A DNA stretch of 41,060 nucleotides, taken from positions 1-41,060 of IMG/VR virus record IMGVR_UViG_3300023181_000018; one strand, given 5' to 3'. The notes beneath the pieces are model-generated. The model saw only the letters and a program-made list of their open reading frames with translations, was not told the origin of the DNA and did no database searches. Position numbers and translations under genes: made by a program. This DNA is from a virus. Shown here piece by piece: positions 1 to 7,791 of the stretch (positions are counted from its first letter, which is position 1; every line of letters begins with the position of its first letter).

Positions 1-127
1 CACGGAGCATCACCTTTTTGCCTTACTTCTCCTTCTATTTTTACTTTTTTAATTTCAGGCTTTAACATCGTACTACAAAAGTGCATAAATTCCGCTGGTC
101 TAAAATCTTCGTCCGTATCAAAGAAAC
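1..127. repeat. Left copy of exact 127-bp terminal duplication (identical to 40934..41060)
   Basis: Base-by-base comparison: cacggagcatcaccttttt...cgtccgtatcaaagaaac occurs at both ends. It lies inside a coding frame. Confidence 0.97.
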
Positions 128-308
128 TTTTTCCTGCAAGATTACTTTCTCCGTTTGCGTTATCACCATCTTTGTACCAGGCTGGATTTGAAGCGTAGGC
201 ATTGTTTCCAAGATTATAAGGTATATCAGCAATAATTAATTGTGCTTTAGGTATTGCATAAGTCTTGAAGTTTTGGAAGTGGTTGTTAAATATTTGTGCT
301 TTTTTCAT
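1..308 (-). CDS. DNA methyltransferase (beta-class N6-adenine/N4-cytosine type), N-terminal segment; the gene wraps over the contig junction and continues 40933->40402
   Basis: ATG at 306-308 overlaps the stop of ORF 305..544 (ATGA). Hand translation MKKAQIFNNHFQNFKTYAIPKAQLIIADIPYNLGNNAYASNPAWYKDGDNANG...EFMHFCSTML runs in frame into ORF 40402..41019 through the end repeat. ADIPYN matches catalytic motif IV (DPPY-like). Confidence 0.85.
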   Translation of the reverse strand, partial: MKKAQIFNNHFQNFKTYAIPKAQLIIADIPYNLGNNAYASNPAWYKDGDNANGESNLAGKSFFDTDEDFRPAEFMHFCSTMLKPEIKKVKIEGEVRQKGDAP

Positions 309-544
309 AATTTATTTTCAGTTATTTTTTTGTAGTAATGTATTATTGTCTTTGCTATTGATTCGTTAATTTCGTGTTCTAAAATTGATTTATCGAAAGT
401 TGTTATCTTACCGTAATTATCAGTTTGAACAAACCAAAGTCCGTTTCTTTTTACTGGATAAACTTTTATATTTCTTGAATGAAGATAATATATCTGTTCT
501 GGACTTGCTTTTATTTCGTTATGTGTTGAAGTTCTTTTAGCCAT
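305..544 (-). CDS. hypothetical protein (79 aa)
   Basis: ATG-started ORF with an 8-nt overlap with the upstream HNH gene and an ATGA overlap with the methyltransferase start. Confidence 0.7.
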   Translation of the reverse strand: MAKRTSTHNEIKASPEQIYYLHSRNIKVYPVKRNGLWFVQTDNYGKITTFDKSILEHEINESIAKTIIHYYKKITENKL

Positions 545-821
545 CTTGATTGAACTTTAATAATTTCAATAACCACTGAAAAGCCCTTTTCTTTCCAAAT
601 ATTTTATGTTCTTCTTTATGGCATTTTTCACAAAGAGTTACGAGCATATAATCTAAATACTCCCAAGCCTTTTTTCCTTTTATGTAACCGATGTGATGCA
701 CGTGTAAAGTCCTTTCGTAATTATCACACAAACAATTTGAGCAAACAAAATTATCTCTTTGCATTATTTCGGCTCGTTTATTTAACCAAGCAGAAGTTCT
801 TAATTGGTCTTTATATTCCAT
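537..821 (-). CDS. HNH endonuclease
   Basis: Cys/His pattern CSNC...HVHH...CEKCH..EH. The track ORF start at 839 is TTG. The first ATG (MEYKDQL) is at 819-821, just after the primase stop. Confidence 0.8.
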   Translation of the reverse strand: MEYKDQLRTSAWLNKRAEIMQRDNFVCSNCLCDNYERTLHVHHIGYIKGKKAWEYLDYMLVTLCEKCHKEEHKIFGKKRAFQWLLKLLKFNQDG

Positions 822-835
822 ATTTTTCAAATTTA

Positions 836-2632
836 TCAAAACGGCACGTCGTTTGGATCGTCAAATATTGCTTGCATATTTCCAAATTCTACCAAGGGAA
901 TTTCTACTTGTTCTTTTTCTGGTTCAACTTCATCGCATAAAATAAATATTGGTGCAGTTGTTCCTTTCTCAAAATAACGACCTGATGGTAAATGATAATC
1001 AAATTCTATTTTTCCGCCAATTTCGCCTTGAAACTTCATCTTTGTTTTAAGATTTTCAAAAACAGTCATACTGTCATTTTGTTCATCCCCGAAAAAACGG
1101 TAAACAGAAAATCCATCGTGTGTTTGGTTTCTAAAATCTGAACTTCCTGATACATCGTAGAGCGTTGGAGAGTTGTAAAGTCCGTTTGTTCCCTTTTGCA
1201 TTTTTGTAGGATGTGCAACCAAAAATATTATAACGTTGTGCATTTGCGCAAACATTGTGAGCTTTGCAAGAACATCGTTAATTTGGTCTAATTTATTTCC
1301 TTTTGAAGAAAATCCCAACTTATTAAAAGCATCAATTACAAATATATCAATTCCAAAGCTAAATAATTGCTCTCGGAACTTTTCAAATATCCAATCCCAA
1401 GTTGGAAATTCTCCGTTTTCAGTTCCTGTAAGGTAAATCTTTTCATTTGCCCAATCACGATATTTTTCAATTTCTTCTTTTGATATTCGTGGGCAATCCT
1501 TGTTATCGTAAAAGAAACTTTTTCCGAAAGTCTTTTCTATAAATGTTGTATGGTGCAACTCCAAAGGATGATGTTCTGGACTGAAAAAAGAAGCTTTCAT
1601 TCCGTAATCCCTAATCAAATTCAAAACATACCATTCAGTAAAATTTGACTTTCCGTGTGATGGTATTCCAGTTCCAGTTATCAAATGACCACGCATTACA
1701 GAAAAGACTTTTTTAAGGTTTCCAAAACACGGATGTTTAGGCGAAATTGTTTCAGGTATTCCATTATCATACATTTTCAAAATATCATCGTAAACGTCTG
1801 AAACTTTAAAAGTTCCAGCTACTGGATATTTTTCTATGTTTAATATTGTTTTTTCAAGGTTTCCGCTAATCAAATCATCGTTAGCATCCTTGCCCTCAAA
1901 TCTTATCCTTTCGCATCTGTAACGCCCTAAACGCTGTGCAATCTTTTCAGCTACCAAATCGCCTTTTTCGTCGTTGTCGGTTGCAATGTAGAATTTTTTA
2001 ATTTCCTTGATATACTTTTCGGAATTAACCCAATAATTATCATTGTCATTTGCTCCGTTAGGAACTGAAATAGCATTTTTTATTCCAATCTGGAAAAGTG
2101 CCATTACATCAATTTCGCCCTCGACTATGTAACACTCATCTTGACCTATTACCGAATTAAGATTATAAAAAATTGACTTTGCGTTTTTTGACTGCGTGAA
2201 CTTTTTGCCTCCTGAACGGTATTTCTTATTTACTAAAACATCCCCCTCAAAATAATTGAAAACTATATTATTTACTTCTTTTGATAATTGTGGTTGGTAA
2301 TATTTTTCTTCCGTAACCTCAAAATGTTTCAAAGTAAACTGTTCTATTTTCCTACCCTCAAAATATTTTACAATTGCATCTGAAAGTTCTGTGTAATTTT
2401 TCCAGTTCTGAATAGGCAAGGTAAAGTTTTCCCTTTCAACTGATTTTTCAATACTATTTTTAAAAAACAACCCCTCGCAATGAAAACACTTACCAACTCC
2501 TGAATTAAAGTTTACATAAAGGCTACGATCATTTTTATTTTTTCGTGTTGCCGTGCAAACAGGACATTTTAATTTTGCTGTACCCGAAACTTTGTTGGTT
2601 TCTATGAGTTCCCAATTATGAATATTACTCAT
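836..2632 (-). CDS. bifunctional DNA primase/helicase (zinc ribbon + Toprim + DnaB/RecA-like ATPase; T7 gp4-like architecture)
   Basis: CPVC...CFHC zinc ribbon; Toprim acidic motifs YIVEGEIDV and ATDNDEKGD; Walker A GTGIPSHGKSNF; Walker B IFVIDAFNKL. Confidence 0.9.
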   Translation of the reverse strand: MSNIHNWELIETNKVSGTAKLKCPVCTATRKNKNDRSLYVNFNSGVGKCFHCEGLFFKNSIEKSVERENFTLPIQNWKNYTELSDAIVKYFEGRKIEQFTLKHFEVTEEKYYQPQLSKEVNNIVFNYFEGDVLVNKKYRSGGKKFTQSKNAKSIFYNLNSVIGQDECYIVEGEIDVMALFQIGIKNAISVPNGANDNDNYWVNSEKYIKEIKKFYIATDNDEKGDLVAEKIAQRLGRYRCERIRFEGKDANDDLISGNLEKTILNIEKYPVAGTFKVSDVYDDILKMYDNGIPETISPKHPCFGNLKKVFSVMRGHLITGTGIPSHGKSNFTEWYVLNLIRDYGMKASFFSPEHHPLELHHTTFIEKTFGKSFFYDNKDCPRISKEEIEKYRDWANEKIYLTGTENGEFPTWDWIFEKFREQLFSFGIDIFVIDAFNKLGFSSKGNKLDQINDVLAKLTMFAQMHNVIIFLVAHPTKMQKGTNGLYNSPTLYDVSGSSDFRNQTHDGFSVYRFFGDEQNDSMTVFENLKTKMKFQGEIGGKIEFDYHLPSGRYFEKGTTAPIFILCDEVEPEKEQVEIPLVEFGNMQAIFDDPNDVPF

Positions 2633-2634
2633 TG

Positions 2635-3351
2635 CTAACTAATTAATCTTTTTAAAACTCCTTGTTTGTCGTAGTAATGTCCTTCTGGCGCTTTTTCTCG
2701 TTCCTGTTTGTTAAGCCAGTTAATGAAGTGGGTGCAATATTCGGTTTTATTATTTTTAATCTCAAACTGAACATTTAGCATATCATTGTATTTTTTAAGA
2801 AATACTTTAACCTCATTTGGTTTGAATTTAGCCTTTGATTGCATTGCTGTATTTTCTAACCACATATCAGAAATTGAAAGTTCATTAAAAATTAAATCGT
2901 TTTTATTTTCTTTTTTTGTTTCTATTTCACTTTCATTTTCTTTTAGTTTACTTTCTATTTCTATTTGGTTAAGGGTAGGCTTTTCATTATTTTCTTCAAG
3001 GCTTTCCAAAGGCTTAGATATAGGATTAATGGTAGGCTTTTTATTTTTACCTCCTTTTGCACCGCCACGAACTAAATTTAACCTGCTTTCGCAACTTGGA
3101 ATAAACAATATTTGTGATTTATAAACCACCAATCCAAGCTCTTTTAATTTGGTTAAAATCACATTTAATTCATCTAAAGAAACTGCAAACTTTCTACTCC
3201 AAACCTCTAGCTTAATTTCTGTTTTATTGTCGTTTAACATAGCTAAATCTATCAACTCACGGTATAAACCACGTTCTGATAAATTAAGCTCGAAAACGCT
3301 TTCAGAATTACCCCAATCTTTAGGATACCAAGTATAACCAAGTTTAGACAT
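2635..3351 (-). CDS. replication-associated protein with DUF1376-like N-terminal domain
   Basis: The N-terminus YTWYPKDWGNSESVFELNLSERGLYRELIDLAM fits the DUF1376 pattern (from memory). There is a K/E/N low-complexity linker. The gene lies directly upstream of the primase-helicase. Confidence 0.55.
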   Translation of the reverse strand: MSKLGYTWYPKDWGNSESVFELNLSERGLYRELIDLAMLNDNKTEIKLEVWSRKFAVSLDELNVILTKLKELGLVVYKSQILFIPSCESRLNLVRGGAKGGKNKKPTINPISKPLESLEENNEKPTLNQIEIESKLKENESEIETKKENKNDLIFNELSISDMWLENTAMQSKAKFKPNEVKVFLKKYNDMLNVQFEIKNNKTEYCTHFINWLNKQEREKAPEGHYYDKQGVLKRLIS

Positions 3352-3745
3352 TTGTAACCTCGCTTCCGTCCATTAAATCATATAAAATAGAAACATCTAT
3401 TTCTTTGTGATTTTCTTTTATGTAATTTATAACAACCCCTAATTTTGTTTTATTTCTTACATTGTTTACAGCTCTATTCGCTACAGACTTTTTGTGTTTT
3501 GCAATTGCTAACTTATATCCAAGTTCAACATAATTTTTAGAGCCTACTTTATTATTTGACTGTTCAAACAAAAGTTTTAAATAATTTGATTCTGCAAGCT
3601 CAACATTTGATAAAAGTATCTCTAACATACTTTCGTTTAACCTAAAATTTATAATTCCTGATATTTCTTCAACATCAAAATTAGGTCTTGTAATAATTTC
3701 TTTTGCTATATCCGTAGATACTTTTCTGATAATGTCTTTCATCAT
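3344..3745 (-). CDS. hypothetical protein (133 aa from first ATG)
   Basis: The track ORF 3344..3769 begins at TTG. The first ATGs (MMKDIIRK) are at 3740-3745. It has an 8-nt overlap with the downstream gene. Confidence 0.7.
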   Translation of the reverse strand: MMKDIIRKVSTDIAKEIITRPNFDVEEISGIINFRLNESMLEILLSNVELAESNYLKLLFEQSNNKVGSKNYVELGYKLAIAKHKKSVANRAVNNVRNKTKLGVVINYIKENHKEIDVSILYDLMDGSEVTNV

Positions 3746-3772
3746 TATTTTTTTATTAATTAAAAACAAAAA

Positions 3773-3856
3773 CTCCCTATTCGCTGGCTGAAGTGGTACG
3801 CCTTAAAATAGAGAGTCTGTTAAATACGGTTGTTTGATTCGAGTACCACGTCGAAA
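3773..3856 (-). promoter_or_regulatory. Structured, locally G+C-rich 5' leader with pseudoknot potential between the promoter at 3867..3874 and gene 3344..3745
   Basis: Two interleaved helices: GTGGTAC(3793-3799)/GTACCAC(3843-3849) and CTCCCTATT(3773-3781)/AATAGAGAG(3807-3815). The single mismatch in the second helix is a G.U wobble only in the minus-sense RNA. Confidence 0.35.
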
Positions 3857-3866
3857 AACATATAGG

Positions 3867-3874
3867 CAAATATA
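3867..3874 (-). promoter_or_regulatory. Bacteroidetes-type -7 promoter box TATATTTG (replication operon)
   Basis: Plus-strand caaatata, which reads TATATTTG (TAnnTTTG) on the minus strand, in the 151-nt gap between genes. Confidence 0.6.
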
Positions 3875-3920
3875 TAAATAATAATTCAATACACAATGCT
3901 AATCGTGTTTTTGTTGTAGA

Positions 3921-4151
3921 TTATTTTACAAGTTCATCAAATATTAAATCAAAAACAGTCTGCAATAGTTCACGGTTTTTGTGATTGTTCCTATGTGCTT
4001 TTATTCTGATTTCAATTCCTAAATCTTCGTGAATACCAACAACAGTACTTGGTACTATTCCGCACATTTGACCTCCTGTATATTTATGTGGTTCAACTGA
4101 TATTACAAACTGTTCTTTAAATTTTTGTATTCTTTCTTTTGCTGAATCCAT
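3921..4151 (-). CDS. hypothetical protein (76 aa)
   Basis: ATG-started ORF, 3 nt after the upstream stop. Confidence 0.65.
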   Translation of the reverse strand: MDSAKERIQKFKEQFVISVEPHKYTGGQMCGIVPSTVVGIHEDLGIEIRIKAHRNNHKNRELLQTVFDLIFDELVK

Positions 4152-4154
4152 AAT

Positions 4155-4445
4155 CTAATTTTTGTTTAGTTTGTTATAAAGTTCAATTGTTTTTTCTTTT
4201 TCTGATTGGGGCAGTTTGTGAATTGCGTAAGTATAAGTATTACCAAATTTGTTGCACCTTGTATCGGTAACCCTATCTAGTTTTAAACCGTGAACTAATT
4301 GAAGTTGCGAAACTCTTGTTCTGTATCCTGAAAGGTAGGGAAAATCAAATATTGAAACGTGTCCTTTAAGTATTAAAGTAAGTAATACCTCCTGCTCGCT
4401 TGTTTTTGGAAAAGCGTAACCTTGAAATAAATCTTGTTGCTTCAT
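4155..4445 (-). CDS. winged-helix DNA-binding protein (HTH_39-like)
   Basis: GYRTRVSQLQLVHGLKLDRV...NKFGNTYTYAIHKL resembles small phage winged-helix proteins (from memory). The track start at 4472 is TTG inside the upstream gene. The ATG (MKQQDLF) at 4443-4445 follows the upstream stop by 2 nt. Confidence 0.55.
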   Translation of the reverse strand: MKQQDLFQGYAFPKTSEQEVLLTLILKGHVSIFDFPYLSGYRTRVSQLQLVHGLKLDRVTDTRCNKFGNTYTYAIHKLPQSEKEKTIELYNKLNKN

Positions 4446-4447
4446 AA

Positions 4448-4936
4448 TCAATAAGTTTTTAGTTCCTGCCAATCTTGATAGCTCCAGTTGGCTATCTTCT
4501 TATTCCAAAGTGCTGATTTTGGGTTTTTACGCAGTAGAATCATAGCCTGTCCTGTTGGCATTTGTAGTTTTTTAATATTTGCTTCGTGACCTGGCTTTGT
4601 TTTGGATGTGTCGTACCTTTTTTTAACGTGGGTATCGATAAACTGTTTATAAAGATTTACGTCTAAGGTTTCAATCACTTCGGTAATATCGATAAACTCC
4701 TGCTTAAAAACCAATTTATGCAATAATCTTCTTGCGTGACCGATAGTGGCGTGATATCTGTTTAAAGGCTCATAAGTTACGCGTAAGGCATCTTTTTTGT
4801 ATTTGTCAGTTATGTAGTGCCTGAACCAAACTATTGAAGCATCTCGCTTGTCACCGTTTATTTTTATGCCGAACGTTTCATTTATTTTATTTACGAGTTC
4901 GTGGCACTCTTTTAATTTTTCTTCGTTTGTTTCCAT
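4448..4936 (-). CDS. hypothetical protein (162 aa); weak DnaA C-terminal-like HTH resemblance
   Basis: ATG start within a TAATG overlap with the ninB-like gene. ...RYHATIGHARRLL... is faintly like the DnaA domain IV signature; this is unverified. Confidence 0.65.
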   Translation of the reverse strand: METNEEKLKECHELVNKINETFGIKINGDKRDASIVWFRHYITDKYKKDALRVTYEPLNRYHATIGHARRLLHKLVFKQEFIDITEVIETLDVNLYKQFIDTHVKKRYDTSKTKPGHEANIKKLQMPTGQAMILLRKNPKSALWNKKIANWSYQDWQELKTY

Positions 4937-5376
4937 TAGTCAAAATTCATTAATATTTCTTCGTTCGGGTTTGGGATGTTTACTCCTAAAAATTCGGAGC
5001 TCCATTTTTGGATTTCCATAATATACTCCATAAATTGTGTAGTGGTCATTTCCGAACTGCTTATTTTTTCCGTGATGCACTCGCCGGTATCGGTGTTTAT
5101 GATTTCCTTTTCAGGGGCAAACATCTTTAAAAGTATATTATAGTGTATGTTTTCGGCTGTTCTCCATTCGCCTGTACAGTCTTTTAAGCCTTGTTGTACT
5201 ATCGGAATAACAACGCCCCAAAGGAATCTGTTTTGTTGATTAGAACGGGTCTTTTTAACCTTTTCGATTGTAAAGAAACATTCCTTACCCTCGAAACTAT
5301 TTACAGCTTCGAGGATTTGGTTTATGTTTCTTTTAAACTTTCCGTTTAATACGTTGGTTCGGATTTGGATTTTCAT
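4936..5376 (-). CDS. ninB: NinB/Orf-family recombination mediator
   Basis: RSNQQNRFLWGVVIPIV and SSSEMTTTQFMEYIMEIQKW parallel the conserved RSLDQNRKLW and STSRM..EF..L segments of lambda NinB (recalled, not searched). Confidence 0.6.
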   Translation of the reverse strand: MKIQIRTNVLNGKFKRNINQILEAVNSFEGKECFFTIEKVKKTRSNQQNRFLWGVVIPIVQQGLKDCTGEWRTAENIHYNILLKMFAPEKEIINTDTGECITEKISSSEMTTTQFMEYIMEIQKWSSEFLGVNIPNPNEEILMNFD

Positions 5377-6002
5377 TAGAATTGCTGTTTTTCCAAGTAG
5401 TATTGCATAAACTCATTACGTAATTTTACTACTTTTTCAATTCGTGAAATAATGTGGTTTATAAATTCCTCGTCACGTTCAACGATAAAATGATGCCACA
5501 TTTCTTTACCGTTATAAATTATGTAGTTGAAAAAGTGACAGCGTTTTGACTTGGTGCATAGCATTTGAAATTGCATCTGTGCAAAATATTCAGCATCGAT
5601 TGCCGGTAATCCAACTCGAACCAATTTAAAGAACTTTTTAGGGCGAGGGCATTTAATTTCCAAGCATTCATCGTCAGAAACTAAGCCATCTGGACTTGCT
5701 CCTGCATCTTCTCCATAAGGAAAGAAAGTCGCCTCTTGAACTGGTACGAATTGCAAAATCATTAACTCCTGGAATTTTCTAAATGCTAAAGGTTCTAATT
5801 CAATTCCTCTTTGCATATCTGAAGAAGTAAAATTATCTTCTTCGTCGGCACCGTAAACCAATTCAATCGCTTTTTCTTCTGCATAGGTTTCGATTGCATC
5901 GTTGGTCATTTTCAAACCCTCTTTACCGAGTATTCGAGAAACAGAAGAGGCGGTAACTTTGCCTCTTCTTATTTCAAACCATTCTTTAGACCTTTGCAAC
6001 AT
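5376..6002 (-). CDS. YqaJ/lambda-Exo-like PD-(D/E)XK recombination exonuclease
   Basis: N-terminal SKEWFEIRRGKVTASSVSRILG and catalytic LEIKCP motif. Confidence 0.85.
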   Translation of the reverse strand: MLQRSKEWFEIRRGKVTASSVSRILGKEGLKMTNDAIETYAEEKAIELVYGADEEDNFTSSDMQRGIELEPLAFRKFQELMILQFVPVQEATFFPYGEDAGASPDGLVSDDECLEIKCPRPKKFFKLVRVGLPAIDAEYFAQMQFQMLCTKSKRCHFFNYIIYNGKEMWHHFIVERDEEFINHIISRIEKVVKLRNEFMQYYLEKQQF

Positions 6003-6495
6003 AAGCTAAATATTTAGCCTCTATTTCAGGCGTTATTTCATATCCTGCTTTTATCCTTTCAATTGTTGCTCCTGCTTTTTTTGCGGGTTCAAAATTAATT
6101 TCTTTAAATTCAGGTTTAGCTGCATTAAGTTTTGGCTGTATAGGTCTTATTCTAACCCCTTGAGTAATTCCACCCGCAACTGATTTTACATTTTCGTCGA
6201 TGTATAGCTCAATCGGAATATTTTTCCAATTCTCTACAAATGGATCACCCCCTGCAAAAGTTTTGATTTGCTTTGAGTTTGTAACGTTTAAAACAAGTGG
6301 TTTGATTGGCTCAACAAAATAAGCAATATTGAAATCGCCTTTTTTTCCTGCAACCTTAATTCCCAATTCCTGCTTAACCTCTTTTATTGTAAATGTTAGA
6401 GGTTTTTTTTGTTCGATAAAATCTTCTAAATCCGCACTTCCTAAATGGTCAGATTTAAATACATTTCTGTAATGGTGTTTTTTTTCTGTACTCAT
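5986..6495 (-). CDS. conserved phage protein (169 aa), possible ssDNA-binding/annealing partner of the exonuclease (unproven)
   Basis: ATG ORF overlapping the exonuclease start by 17 nt. The only support is the pattern HLGSADLED...LTFTIKEVKQE...KPLVLNVTNSKQI...IPIELYIDENV, which I recall recurring in uncharacterised phage proteins. Confidence 0.6.
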   Translation of the reverse strand: MSTEKKHHYRNVFKSDHLGSADLEDFIEQKKPLTFTIKEVKQELGIKVAGKKGDFNIAYFVEPIKPLVLNVTNSKQIKTFAGGDPFVENWKNIPIELYIDENVKSVAGGITQGVRIRPIQPKLNAAKPEFKEINFEPAKKAGATIERIKAGYEITPEIEAKYLAYVAKV

Positions 6496-6547
6496 AATTT
6501 CGATATTTTTTTGGTTTTTTACTACTTAAAGATAAGGAATATTATCT

Positions 6548-6718
6548 TTATTTTAAAGGGTTTTTGATCCTTATTTCCGATAAGTATTTATCTAATTTTA
6601 CGCGTTCTTCTGGTGTTACTCTCCTGCCATATGGGGTACGTCCTTCTGGTTTTCTGCCTGCACCCTCACGTTTACCGCCCCTGTTCTCGGAGCGGTTGGG
6701 TTTTAAATTTTGTGCCAT
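6548..6718 (-). CDS. small basic protein (56 aa), not in ORF track
   Basis: Hand translation MAQNLKPNRSENRGGKREGAGRKPEGRTPYGRRVTPEERVKLDKYLSEIRIKNPLK, with ATG at 6716-6718 and TAA at 6548-6550. It fills an otherwise empty gap. The plus-strand track ORF 6564..6755 is its antisense shadow. Confidence 0.6.
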   Translation of the reverse strand: MAQNLKPNRSENRGGKREGAGRKPEGRTPYGRRVTPEERVKLDKYLSEIRIKNPLK

Positions 6719-6738
6719 TATACCAATTATTTGTATTT

Positions 6739-7005
6739 TTATAATTTGTATTTAACTAATTCATTTCCTAAATAATTTATTAACTCAGGAGCATTATATA
6801 ACAAACCGTTAACTCTATTTAATCCACCCATAAAATGCGAATCGTTATAAACTGAATGTGTAACATAAATCAAACCCTTTAATTCTTCAACTTCAATAAT
6901 AAAACCACAAAGGCTTTCTATTCTGCCGAAATTTACTTTCATGTTTTGTTCTGTTCTTAAAACATCTCTTCCGTTTATGTTGCATATTGAAAATGTAGTT
7001 GTCAT
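6739..7005 (-). CDS. hypothetical protein (88 aa)
   Basis: ATG ORF 49 nt downstream of the -7 box at 7054..7061. Confidence 0.7.
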   Translation of the reverse strand: MTTTFSICNINGRDVLRTEQNMKVNFGRIESLCGFIIEVEELKGLIYVTHSVYNDSHFMGGLNRVNGLLYNAPELINYLGNELVKYKL

Positions 7006-7053
7006 AATTTTTAGTTTTTACTTGATAACCACTTCGTTGTTGTTATCTGAGTA

Positions 7054-7061
7054 CAAATATA
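7054..7061 (-). promoter_or_regulatory. Bacteroidetes-type -7 promoter box TATATTTG
   Basis: caaatata on the plus strand. TTG (7081-7083) lies 19 nt upstream on the minus strand as a -33 candidate. The inverted repeat TTTTGAT/ATCAAAA (7069-7075/7090-7096) overlaps the upstream region. Confidence 0.6.
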
Positions 7062-7207
7062 CACTTACTTTTGATACCCGCAAGCATAAATCAAAACTTT
7101 AACATTTTACAAGTATTTAAAGTAACTGTAAATGAATTTTAAGATTATATAAACCCATCCAAATAAGACAAGTTTAACGATGAAAAAGCTTATTCTTTCC
7201 CGGCGGT

Positions 7208-7510
7208 TCATTGTTCGGTTGCTTTTTTGATTAAATCGTCAATCATATTATGCATGAAATGATATTTTCCAAATTCTACTTTTGCTCTTTCTAGCATTTC
7301 CAACATTTCAGGAGCTGATGCGATTAGTTTTGCGTTGGCTTCTGATTCTTCAAGTTCTGGTGTTCTATTTACGTTACAGTTCTTCCAAACTTCAGCTACA
7401 AAATATCCTTCACAAGTAATTGAACACAGTAAATTGCTGTTGTCATTTTTTTGGTTGTTAAATTGTTCTTTGTTTATTTCCCAATTTCCTTTCGAGTATT
7501 TACTATCCAT
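7208..7510 (-). CDS. hypothetical protein (100 aa)
   Basis: Contains EANAKLIASAPEMLEMLE, a motif I recall recurring in small phage proteins. The track start at 7528 is TTG. The ATG (MDSKYSK) is at 7508-7510. Confidence 0.65.
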   Translation of the reverse strand: MDSKYSKGNWEINKEQFNNQKNDNSNLLCSITCEGYFVAEVWKNCNVNRTPELEESEANAKLIASAPEMLEMLERAKVEFGKYHFMHNMIDDLIKKATEQ

Positions 7511-7511
7511 C

Positions 7512-7790
7512 TTATTTATTTTTTTCAAGGTTATGAATAACTTCTTCCAATTTATCTATTTTACTTTCGTAATCGTTCTTCTGTGAGTTTAACTTACGCT
7601 GTAAATCCGTTACATCTTCAATCATTGAGTTGTAAAGCTCCGTGAATTTGTCCTGCCAATACATTAGCCTTTTCATTAATACGATAATGATGATTATCGC
7701 GGTTATTCCAAGTACAATGTTTATAGCTCCAATTGTCATTTCCTCTTTTTGTGTAAATGGTGTTTCCTGTATTGTTATTGTGTTTTGCAT
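7512..7790 (-). CDS. membrane-anchored coiled-coil protein (92 aa)
   Basis: Hydrophobic span IGAINIVLGITAIIIIIVLM followed by a charged helical tail. Confidence 0.65.
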   Translation of the reverse strand: MQNTITIQETPFTQKEEMTIGAINIVLGITAIIIIIVLMKRLMYWQDKFTELYNSMIEDVTDLQRKLNSQKNDYESKIDKLEEVIHNLEKNK

Positions 7791-7791
7791 A

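Noticed and set aside
1-127. Terminal 127-bp repeats as IS/transposon ends or biological LTRs
   Set aside because: The copies are direct, exact, located in the middle of a gene whose frame is restored on circularisation, and of assembler k-mer length. No transposase is present. A true short DTR cannot be excluded without reads.
3793-3849. tRNA-like 7-bp acceptor-type stem (GTGGTAC...GTACCAC)
   Set aside because: The element spans only 57 nt. On either strand it lacks a T-loop (GTTCRANNC-type), a D-arm and a CCA/discriminator context. It is better explained as part of a structured mRNA leader.
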